Part shown: one piece after another, positions 55,490 to 64,000 of the stretch
Layout of the letters: each line of letters starts with the position of its first letter
Numbering within the stretch: position 1 is the stretch's first letter
DNA from: Trypanosoma brucei
Lineage: Eukaryota
Length of the DNA: 64,000 bases
Reading direction: 5' to 3'
NCBI GenBank assembly: GCA_000002445.1
Contig: AE017150.2
Location: 768,001-832,000, forward strand
Program-made: the position numbers and the translations under genes
Notes under the pieces: model-generated
The model's database searches: none
Told to the model about the DNA's origin: nothing
The model's input: the letters and a program-made list of their open reading frames with translations, nothing else

Positions 55490-56251
55490 TCAACCACCCC
55501 ATAAGGAAGATTCCTCCTCCACAATATCCACCTCATCACCTGCTACGCAGAGCTTAAATACACCACTAAACGGGACAGGTTGGCGCGCCGCCATGCATTG
55601 CACCGTTCCGGGTTCAATTGCAAGAACTACTTTACTCCCAACAGCAATTGAATCCTCCCTGAAGCAACGCGCCGTCAATTGTGCGTGACGAGTTGCCCGC
55701 GGGGGGTTTCCTCCGGGAGTGGAAACCCACGGCGGGCGCTCACAAGAAACCTGCACGACCCTCGTGTCCATATATTTTACCTCCTCCACTACGCCGACGA
55801 GCATTCCGTAGTGAACATTTGCAAGTGTTCCCACCACCGTAGAGCGCAGGCGCACACCCCCTTTATAACTAAACTCCTGCACGGACTCGGGGTGAATTGT
55901 TAGCGATTCCACATGAACAATAAGGCGGGGAGTTTTATCACCGGCATGTCCACTGGACGATCGAGCGGCTGCTGTACTTGCTGATGGCGAATCCGTCTCC
56001 CCAGCCTGAACGGGTTGAGGACGGTACAAAACACTCCGTAGAACAATGTCATAAATGGAGACACGATTCTGCAGTTGCTGCAAGGGAACGGCGACGTAAA
56101 AGTCAAATGACACGGTCTCGGGTGCGTACACATATCCGCGGCAGAGATGTAAGAACGGCTTCTGTGGTTGGTAGTACACGGGTTCTTCCTTTTTTTTCCG
56201 CACCGTCCTCTTCACACCCGTCCCTCTTGCCATCTTTGCCCGAATCGCCAT
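55490..56251 (-). CDS. Hypothetical protein (253 aa) with a Lys/Arg-rich N-terminus
   Basis: Minus-strand ORF, ATG at 56251, non-repetitive, no domain recognised. Confidence 0.5.
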   Translation of the reverse strand: MAIRAKMARGTGVKRTVRKKKEEPVYYQPQKPFLHLCRGYVYAPETVSFDFYVAVPLQQLQNRVSIYDIVLRSVLYRPQPVQAGETDSPSASTAAARSSSGHAGDKTPRLIVHVESLTIHPESVQEFSYKGGVRLRSTVVGTLANVHYGMLVGVVEEVKYMDTRVVQVSCERPPWVSTPGGNPPRATRHAQLTARCFREDSIAVGSKVVLAIEPGTVQCMAARQPVPFSGVFKLCVAGDEVDIVEEESSLWGG

Positions 56252-57687
56252 TTTCTGTGCGCAAACTACTAAATTATGTGGGTACCTCTCCTATTTGTAC
56301 CTACCATACGGTTTTAGAATCATTTTTTTTTTTTAAAAGAAAAGGAAAGAAATACAAAGAAGACAAAATGGACAAAAAAAGAAGAAAAGTGTTAACACGA
56401 AAATTATACGACGTCTCCCCTCCCCCTCCCATATATAAATATATTTTTTTGTCGGTTTACTTTTCTTGCCTCTTTGTTCATTGTATTTATTTCTCTAAAT
56501 AAACAAACGTATAACTAACTTGCAGTTCCCTTTCGCTTTGCGCTTCTTCTCTTTTTTTTCCTTGTCACCTCCTTATTACCAGCAATGCGAAAACGAAGGG
56601 AGGAATACAAAAAGAAAAAGAAAGGAGGATGTTCTTTTGTTTTGCTTAAATGATAAATAAATGCATTGCCTCAAAGATGTTCAACATTATTAATTACACT
56701 TGGTATGAATAAAAAGATAATGAGGCACCGAAGGAAGATGGAACCCCCACTGAGGAAGTTCCACAACAAAAATGAAGGGAAAATGCCGACAGGTCTTAAC
56801 TTGCCAGATTTTCGTTAACGATATCCGCTTCATATCTAAACATTCATTTATTTACTCCTCTCCCCCCTCATAGATTTTATTTACGTTTAAGTGGCGACAC
56901 TGAAAGGCGTTGACTGCCGCTTACAACATCTTCAAACAACCTTCCACACAAATCATCAATAATGTGCAAACCATAGCAAAAGGAAAAATAACGAAATGGA
57001 AAACAGGGGAAGCAGTACAAAAGCAAAAAAAAAATCAAAAAGACAAAACAAAACAAAACAATTTAAGAAAACAAATATTAAGAAGAAAAAGAAAAAGGGC
57101 CAGAGGAACACAGAATCCAGTGAAAGCATACCGGTACTCTCATGTGTAGCAATAAAACAAAAATCGTAAAAAAGATGAATAAAGAAAAGGGAGAGAGAAA
57201 AAAAATTTACGTGAAATCCCCCATCATTTCTGCTCTTTTTCATTCGCATCCGTTCATCGCACCAATCAGTGTGTGATTAGCCTTCATAACAAATACAATT
57301 ACCGGTATCAATAACTTCCTCCCCCTCAGACTTCATGACAGTAAAAAAAAAAAAATCGACCTCACACCATAACATTATGTTTCTTTTCTTCAGGCACCAA
57401 CACCGTCAACATTTCCAAACAAAAACAAAACCACACATCCATTTCCTTAATTCAACTATGTTAAAAACGACAGTACGACCACGAAAACACAAAGGCCAAC
57501 ACATCCCCATGTTTTTTTTTTGCGCAGCGCGTGTTCGCGACGACTCATTCGTTCCCGATGCTTTCACTCCGTGTGGGGTCGAGGTAAAATAAAATTTTGA
57601 AAATTTTTGTAATTAAAAGCAAAATTTAAAGTCAAACGTAAGAGTCAAAGGTATAAAAAAAAAGAAAGAAGAAAAAAATGAACGTAA

Positions 57688-58851
57688 CTACACGTCAGCG
57701 ATGGCTTCAGGTAACTCAACTCGGCCGTCTGGGGTCGCGAGCCATGACTTCAGCTTTCGATGGTAATAACGACGTTGGACGGGATCCCAAAACGCATCTA
57801 ACTTGAAACTGTAAAAGAAATCACTTTTTGAGTCATAAACCCAATCATCTGCACCTTCAATCTTAATACCCAAAGATGCAGCGGTGAGATATTGATCGTT
57901 TAATGCTTCCGAGGCCTCCGGTGCTTCAGCAGAGCTGGCCGGTGCTTCCGACTGTACCGTTCCATTATGTCGCTGCGTGACACGATTTTGTAGTCCGGCA
58001 TTATACGAGAGGAGGCAAATACAAGTTAACATAGCAACCAAATCAAGTATAAGTGCCGCAACATACAAGCCGTATCCCCAACCGTAAGCAACAGTGCACT
58101 GAGGTGGTGCAAGGTGATGCGCAACGCAGCCTTTTTTCTCACATTTTGTGCGAAGGTAGAAGAGACCTAGAATGCACGCAGACAATAAAATACCAATGAC
58201 TACCAAACCCATGACAACAGCGTGCAAACACGAACGAGTAGGCCGGCAAGAGATTCGAAGCATTACGGCAAGCGCCAACAAATTCAAACACAATTGCAGC
58301 CCACTCAGGGCCCACATGGAGGTGGTCAGCCGCGCTACATCAGTGGGGGACATTTCACAGACAACTCTTCCACTCAAGGCATCAATCAAGTTGAGATGGA
58401 CATTCGAATATCCATGCTCCACACACACGTTAACAATGGACAAAAAACAAGTGGTGATTATCCCCACTGCACGATGGTTTTTGGGGCGGGCAGTAACAAT
58501 CCACTCCGACGTTAAAAAGCTCAACATACGGAGAAATAAAGAGGGAATTAATATAAAGAAAAGGAGAATGATAAACCTGTCGAAACGATTTACACGGTAA
58601 TATTTTCGTTCCTTGCGAAGCGCCACCTGTTCCGCTTCCCTCCGACAGCGTCGTTGTCCGTCTGTCAGCTGAATTGGTTCTGTTCCCAAGAGATGCGGGA
58701 CAGCTACAGCCGATGGAACAACATCAGAAGATTCTTCATCATATTTTTGCCGTTCCCGCCTCTGATGCTGTTTTCTGTTTTCCCTTGCATTTTCTCGTGG
58801 TTCCATGTCAACAGCGTCATTTCTCCCAGTTACTCTCTTGTTTGACTCCAT
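57688..58851 (-). CDS. Hypothetical 4-TM membrane protein (387 aa) with a basic N-terminus
   Basis: ATG at 58851. Hydrophobic helices at FIILLFFILIPSLFL, GIITTCFLSIVNV, LQLCLNLLALAVML, VVMGLVVIGILLSACILGLF and LYVAALILDLVAMLTCICLL. Confidence 0.55.
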   Translation of the reverse strand: MESNKRVTGRNDAVDMEPRENARENRKQHQRRERQKYDEESSDVVPSAVAVPHLLGTEPIQLTDGQRRCRREAEQVALRKERKYYRVNRFDRFIILLFFILIPSLFLRMLSFLTSEWIVTARPKNHRAVGIITTCFLSIVNVCVEHGYSNVHLNLIDALSGRVVCEMSPTDVARLTTSMWALSGLQLCLNLLALAVMLRISCRPTRSCLHAVVMGLVVIGILLSACILGLFYLRTKCEKKGCVAHHLAPPQCTVAYGWGYGLYVAALILDLVAMLTCICLLSYNAGLQNRVTQRHNGTVQSEAPASSAEAPEASEALNDQYLTAASLGIKIEGADDWVYDSKSDFFYSFKLDAFWDPVQRRYYHRKLKSWLATPDGRVELPEAIADV

Positions 58852-58984
58852 TAATGATAGTTACTTCTTTACTGAAGAGTCGCGAAGCCGCGAAACCTTC
58901 TTCTTTTTTTTTTTGTGTGTGTATTTGTGAAGTACAATCTCCTTGGTGATGTTAGTAGCCTTTTGTAGATTGAAACTGTTGTTA

Positions 58985-58987
<3 letters not shown>

Positions 58988-59020
<33 letters not shown>
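58988..59020. repeat. (TTA)n microsatellite
   Basis: ttattattattattattattattattattactatt, read directly. Confidence 0.9.
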
Positions 59021-59021
<1 letters not shown>

Positions 59022-59921
59022 TGCCAATATCTATTATTAAAAGTAGCGACCGCCTGAAACAGGAGGGTATCTAACAGGGAAAGAGAATGAAAGAAAGTGT
59101 CACACACACACAAAAAAAAAATAAATAAATAAACAGAATGCTGCAACAATAAGTTAAAACAACGGCAACGATGGGGGCGCAACCAATCCAATGTGTAGAA
59201 ACTTAACAAATAAAAAATTAAAATAAAATAATCCAACACATCCGTTTCGCCATGGGGGATGGGAGAAACGGACAAAATAAACAAAATAAGGAGACAAAAC
59301 AACAATAACAAATAATTTTTAAAAAGCCAATAGACACCGTGACGATATTGGCAGAAGGAGGAAACTCAGGAAAACTAAAGTACAGTTAACTGTAAGTAGC
59401 AACAACATACTGAACGAACAGAAAAATATAATGAATGAATCAACCGACACACTAAAAGTATCCAGTGCGTATATATACGTGTTTATGTGTCTGTATATTC
59501 ATTTATTCACCTGTTTTTTTTTCATTTTTTAAAAGAAAAATTGAAAAACAAAGCGTAGGCGAGAAGGGGAGGTTTAAAACATTTTGGAAATGGCAAGAAG
59601 GTTTGTATAATTCGAAAGAGAAAAATATTAAAACACGAGGAACATCCCCCCCCCTTCCCCGCCGCCTTGGCGTAGAGCACAGCCAAACACATACACACAC
59701 GTATTAACCGAATGGTCAGACGTCTGTCTTGCTGTGCCATGCACATAAAGTTATTTCCTTCTGATGATGACGATTATGATGCCAACGGCACCTCATGAAA
59801 CGCACACAAATATCCCTCCGCTCCTCCCTTCCACAACTTCTCTTCCCCCTTTTTTGCTTCTTTTTTGGCATGTTTTAATATTGTAACAAACAAAAATCTG
59901 TTTGAGTCTTCCATAACGGGC

Positions 59922-61157
59922 TCACCTCCTCTCTGTTATTTGTAGGTAATGAGTAGACAAAAGTGAAAAGGCTTCAATGACGATGGATTGAGGCACAGCG
60001 GCAGAGACTGATGCTGCGACTGGTCCATGGCCACTATGCTGAGGGGGAAACAACCCATTATCTCCGAGAGGGAACCTTTCATCACTGCACAATAAAAGCA
60101 AAAGTAAGTCCCACTCCTGCAGGAGATAGAAAAGGATGTGTTCACCCTCCGCTCGCTCTTCATCGTTTAGCGCATTTGGCGGCACGGCCCTCAACGACAT
60201 GCAGGAAATAACCTCATGCAGAAGGTAGAAAAGATGCTTAGCAAGTGCGGGGAGAACATCAACCACTGCACTTGAATCTGCAGCGCGGTGATCCCCAGTT
60301 GAGTTAGTCCGCCAGCGTGCCGCTCCGACAAGGTTATGAAGGGAACGAAGTATGGGAAGTAACAAGCTAACAAGGGACTCAACAACAGTTCCAGCGGCTG
60401 AAGCATGGGAACTTTTTTCACATACATGCGGATTCGTAGGAACCGGGCTAAACCGCTCGTGTATCCAACTGGCGGTTAACCGCAGCAAATAGTCGGGCGC
60501 GAGGTGACACAGAGGTTCCCCACTTTTCCAACTGTCAAACATGTCCCCCTCCCCCCCACTCCATCCAGAGGTTAATCCAAATGCATTTGTATCATGATTG
60601 GCCGCTACCATGTTGAGTGGCTTGTGAGAAGAGCTGTTGGCGCCAGCGTCCTGCTTTCGGTATTCACCCGCCCATTTTTGTTCACCCCCTCTCTCCTCAT
60701 TTTCCTTCTGTCTAACTGGAAACTGAGCAGTAGTGGCGCAGGGTGTAATTTCCTCATGCATGGCACCAGTTCCACCCAGTAATGGCAATTGCTGGGTGGT
60801 ATAACCAAACGCATTAATGCCTAACCCCTCCAAGAAGCTGGGCTCAAGAGGAAAAAAACGTCTGCGGAGTTTTTCTGCTTCGGCTGCGAGCGCCCGGGCG
60901 TTGGCTTCATGGAAGACAAACCACTCCCGCTGCCGGCTGACGTTGGCGTAGATGCGGAAAAGTTGCAATTGCAGCTGTGCTGTTATTTCCGAACCGCAGC
61001 CGCCTTCAGTCACAACAGATGTCAACTGCTTTTCTCGGATGCGTGGACAAACCATGGAGGCGCCTTTGTTGTTTTGTGGTTGCTTTTGTTGCTTTTGATA
61101 CGGTTCCTCACCCACATTGGTGCTATAACGGAGAGCCTGGAAGAATCCCGAGGGCAT
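59922..61157 (-). CDS. Hypothetical protein (411 aa)
   Basis: Minus-strand ORF, ATG at 61157, non-repetitive, no domain recognised. Confidence 0.5.
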   Translation of the reverse strand: MPSGFFQALRYSTNVGEEPYQKQQKQPQNNKGASMVCPRIREKQLTSVVTEGGCGSEITAQLQLQLFRIYANVSRQREWFVFHEANARALAAEAEKLRRRFFPLEPSFLEGLGINAFGYTTQQLPLLGGTGAMHEEITPCATTAQFPVRQKENEERGGEQKWAGEYRKQDAGANSSSHKPLNMVAANHDTNAFGLTSGWSGGEGDMFDSWKSGEPLCHLAPDYLLRLTASWIHERFSPVPTNPHVCEKSSHASAAGTVVESLVSLLLPILRSLHNLVGAARWRTNSTGDHRAADSSAVVDVLPALAKHLFYLLHEVISCMSLRAVPPNALNDEERAEGEHILFYLLQEWDLLLLLLCSDERFPLGDNGLFPPQHSGHGPVAASVSAAVPQSIVIEAFSLLSTHYLQITERR

Positions 61158-61724
61158 CAGTAATAACTAATACGCATCCATGCACGCAAACGAAGAGCGG
61201 AGAGAGGTAGAGGTAGAGAACAGAGGTAGAAAACAATCACAAGCAGAATCGAAGCAATGAGCTGGTAGAAGCATGTGTGCGCGTAATTGAAACATGAGGA
61301 ACTAAACGAACAAAACGGATCAACTCAAAACATCTTCTTTATCTTTATCCTTATTCTTTTTCTTCCCCTTCAACAAGGGTTATGAAAACAATACAGATGG
61401 ACACAGTCACATTTATAGGGAGCCGCTATCTCTCAATCTCTCAATCTCTCTCTCTCTCTTTCTCTTTCTTTCTTTCTGCCTCTTTCCCCCCTTTTTCCTC
61501 CACAATATTGTCTCAATATAAAGATGAAGTGTGAGTCTCACTTTACTTTCCTCCACCTCTTTCCTTCAGAAAACCACACGATAAAGGTGAGGGCAGGAGG
61601 AGGGGGAAAAGTAAAGTGCATCGACGAACTGTGAAATAGAGGGAAAAAAAGATGAAAAGAAAAAAAAAAGTCACAACTTACCAACTGAAGAACACGAACC
61701 ACTAGTTTACAACGTTTTCTCGTT

Positions 61725-61766
61725 TTCGTTTGTTTGTTTGTTTGGTTTGGTTTGGTTTGGTTTTTT
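61725..61766. repeat. (GTTT)n/(GGTTT)n microsatellite
   Basis: cgtttgtttgtttgtttggtttggtttggtttggtttttttc, read directly. Confidence 0.9.
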
Positions 61767-62315
61767 TCTACATTTTAATATGCTCTTTCGGTAATGACAA
61801 AATAATAATAATAATAATAATGATAGAAAATACCTCACTTCAGGGAATCAAAACCTATCTCTCATCCTCCCACTTGCTTGCGATATAATAATAAACCTCA
61901 TTATATGTGAGGAAGACTTCAAATGTAAATAAACCGTAGAAGTTACTGGAAAGCGGAGGAGAAGAAGAAGAATCGCGAAACAGAGGAAAAAGGAGGAAAC
62001 AACACACAGAAGCACACACAAACCTTAACAAGGTATTGGGAAAAGAAAATACAATAGGAAAAGAAGAAAAAAAAAAAGAGGTATGTGCATAATCAACGAA
62101 TCAGCCGATGAGTAAAAACGTCGGCTCTTAAGTGCCTCTTGCACAAGGAAAGTAAAAAAAAAGGAGGAACGAAAAAGAACCGCCACATCACCAATGAATA
62201 CGAAGCAAATACTACCGATCATTTGTTGTTGTTGTTTTTTCCCCACCCCCTCTGTTTTTTCTTTTTTTTTTTTAATAAAAAGGAGGGAAATTCCTTTAAT
62301 GCGTTCACTACACAA

Positions 62316-62366
62316 GATGATGATGATGATGATGATAATGATAATAATGATAATAATAATAATAAC
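62316..62366. repeat. (GAT)n(AAT)n compound microsatellite
   Basis: gatgatgatgatgatgatgataatgataataatgataataataataa, read directly. Confidence 0.9.
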
Positions 62367-62665
62367 TATGAAGTAGAGGAGTTAAACACTCGATACTGCA
62401 AGGTAGTTTAGCGGGCTGCATACGATGCTTTGTTCTGATACACTGTTCGAAAACGGCTGCGGTTCACCATGCTAAAAGATGAGATGAAGCAACGAGTGGA
62501 CATATGCTTCAGAAGAAAAAAAAAAATAAAATAAAAGAGAAATTGAATACGTCGAGGCGAAACTAAGACAAAAAAAACAAATCAAGGGAGTCACATGGGA
62601 TTTCTAACCACTGTTACTTCACCTCCTCGATGTTGTTATTTTTGTTTCTTTTTTTTTTTATTGTG

Positions 62666-62666
<1 letters not shown>

Positions 62667-62697
<31 letters not shown>
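62667..62697. repeat. (TTG)10 microsatellite
   Basis: gttgttgttgttgttgttgttgttgttgtt, read directly. Confidence 0.9.
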
Positions 62698-63046
62698 CCA
62701 TGGTGGAAGCAAAACATTATTAATCTACGTTGCGCCAGCCTATTATTCAGAGTGTTGCACAAAACAAAACAACAAAACAAAACAACAAAAAAAAAAGGGC
62801 GCCAAATGAATCCCAATACTCAAAAAAAAAAAAACACTTTCTTCTGAGTGTTGTACGGCCCGATTCCTCATCTTCTCTTTTATTTCGCATTCCCCCTTCA
62901 CTACTTTATAATTGTATTTTTTTTTATTTTGTTTTTTTTTTAATGATCACACCCAGTAAGTAAAATCCTTCACACTCACACCTTCATAAAAACTGTAGGA
63001 GAGGAGGGGAAAATTGAGGTTCATCCCAAAAAACAAAAAAAAGAAA

Positions 63047-63090
63047 GAAAGAGAAAGAGAGAGAGAGAGAGAGGGAGAGAGGGAGGGGAA
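63047..63090. repeat. (GA)n purine microsatellite
   Basis: gaaagagagagagagagagagagggagagagggagggg, read directly. Confidence 0.85.
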
Positions 63091-63154
63091 AAAAAAAGAA
63101 AAAAAACCTAAAATGAAAATGAATATAAAAATAAAAATAAAAAAAATGAACAAA

Positions 63155-63610
63155 TCAAGCGGTAGCGCATTCCTCATTATTGCCTTTTAGTTGCTGCGGC
63201 AATCTGTCGTGCGGGTGTGCTGCATGCCATGAATTTCCATCCATCTGCGAGTAATCCCAGTGCTTAGCGCATTCCTTTGCCCACCAGACGCGGCGCATCA
63301 TCGACGTCTCCCGGTTGCTAGCGACATTTGGATATATAATTGGTGAGAGGGTTGCGCCAAGGCAAAACCCGAGGACGGTAAAACCAGTGAAGGTACTGAA
63401 CACCACAAAACCGGTATTGCGCCGCCGCCTCACGTATCCGATTCCCAACAAAGTTGAAAACGCAGCAGCCCCAACTGCCAGCGTCAGTTGTTGACGGCGC
63501 ACACGATATTGTTGACCCCATACACCACCTTCTTTTTCAAAACGCAAAAGGTCCTTCGGGTACATCATGGGAAGGTCAGCGACCAGTACTTTTCCATCTT
63601 TTCCTGTCAT
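63155..63610 (-). CDS. Small hypothetical membrane protein (151 aa; 1-2 TM helices)
   Basis: The first ATG (MTGKDGKVLVADLPMMYP) is at 63610; the track start is a TTG. Hydrophobic segments are LAVGAAAFSTLLGIGYV and FVVFSTFTGFTVLGFCLGA. Confidence 0.45.
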   Translation of the reverse strand: MTGKDGKVLVADLPMMYPKDLLRFEKEGGVWGQQYRVRRQQLTLAVGAAAFSTLLGIGYVRRRRNTGFVVFSTFTGFTVLGFCLGATLSPIIYPNVASNRETSMMRRVWWAKECAKHWDYSQMDGNSWHAAHPHDRLPQQLKGNNEECATA

Positions 63611-64000
63611 GATTCTCAAGCAAATGCCAACTCGTAGGTAGTTTCTCTTGTTTTCTTTTTTTACTTTTTCTTTTCTCCTTTTATGTAACAGTAAAAATGT
63701 ATATATATGCGTGTGTGTCTCTCTCCTCTCTTCTCCCCTTTATTGCTACCGGTATAGTTATTTTTTTAACCCTCACTTGCTTTTCGTTCCTTCAGTAGTT
63801 TTCTTTCAACAAAAAAAGAGGAAAAAAAGTCAAAAACTGGGTTCACTAACTTCTCTCCTAATGCTCCTACACTACAACTACTTTTAGTTACTTTTTTTTT
63901 TTTCAGCCACCTGAATCACGCCAATAGTTTAAACGCCTAATTTTTGCAGCTCCGTATGGACCTATTTAAATGTGCTGGGAAGTTTTAGTCTGATCTACTT

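Noticed and set aside
61427-63090. Spacer 61158-63154, rich in (CT)n, (GTTT)n, (GAT)n, (TTG)n and (GA)n, considered as a possible degenerate gene or regulatory module
   Set aside because: No open frame longer than 100 codons with a complex product. It is fully explained as UTR or spacer with microsatellites.
4890-63619. N-terminal extensions in the ORF track (TryS MKQ-, CRK MTANESRR-, AK7-like MKTREEI-, TBC MANQSGG-, UNC119 MFII-, BCAT MLTLLLSLSF-, PPR MNMWPSPLIL-, CHCH MAKEEEEE-, last gene MRI-)
   Set aside because: The underlying first codons are TTG or GTG. Kinetoplastid nuclear genes initiate at ATG, so I moved each start to the first in-frame ATG after checking the CAT triplet on the plus strand.
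1-64000. Search for tRNA, rRNA, SL RNA, CRISPR, transposon or retroposon (ingi/RIME/SLACS) signatures
   Set aside because: No GGTTCGAATCC-type T-loops within cloverleaf context, no rDNA-like blocks, and no repeat-spacer arrays. No reverse-transcriptase or endonuclease ORFs were found. The only large repeat is the BCAT tandem duplication.

Overview
This window is kinetoplastid (Trypanosoma-type) nuclear DNA, not prokaryotic. Every credible protein-coding gene (about 25) lies on the minus strand, with 0.7-2.6 kb intergenic spacers full of polypyrimidine/polypurine tracts and (TA)n/(CA)n microsatellites. That is the signature of the interior of one polycistronic transcription unit. There is no strand-switch region, tRNA, rRNA, CRISPR array or mobile element. 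From sequence alone I recognise trypanothione synthetase, MRE11, a TVP23 Golgi protein, an SP-RING SUMO E3 ligase, a twin-CHCH protein, a CDC2-related kinase with large kinase-domain inserts, an AK7-like adenylate-kinase-domain protein with a degenerate P-loop, SmB, the Spb1/FtsJ rRNA methyltransferase, a TBC Rab-GAP, UNC119, a TEX261/Svp26-like membrane protein, and two tandem near-identical branched-chain aminotransferase genes with an 1839-bp period. The gene order matches my unverified recollection of Trypanosoma brucei chromosome 2 (TryS, MRE11, CRK9, SmB, UNC119 and the tandem BCATs). The ORF track treats TTG/GTG/CTG as start codons, so several of its N-termini are over-extended. I re-anchored those genes to the first in-frame ATG after checking the sequence. 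The most notable observations are the BCAT tandem duplication with a localised 11-nt replacement patch, the AK7-like protein whose P-loop lacks the Walker lysine, and a 12-cysteine cluster in a multi-pass membrane protein. Several large proteins have no recognisable domain. I see no bacterial-style novel system; the interest here lies in individual genes and repeat structure.
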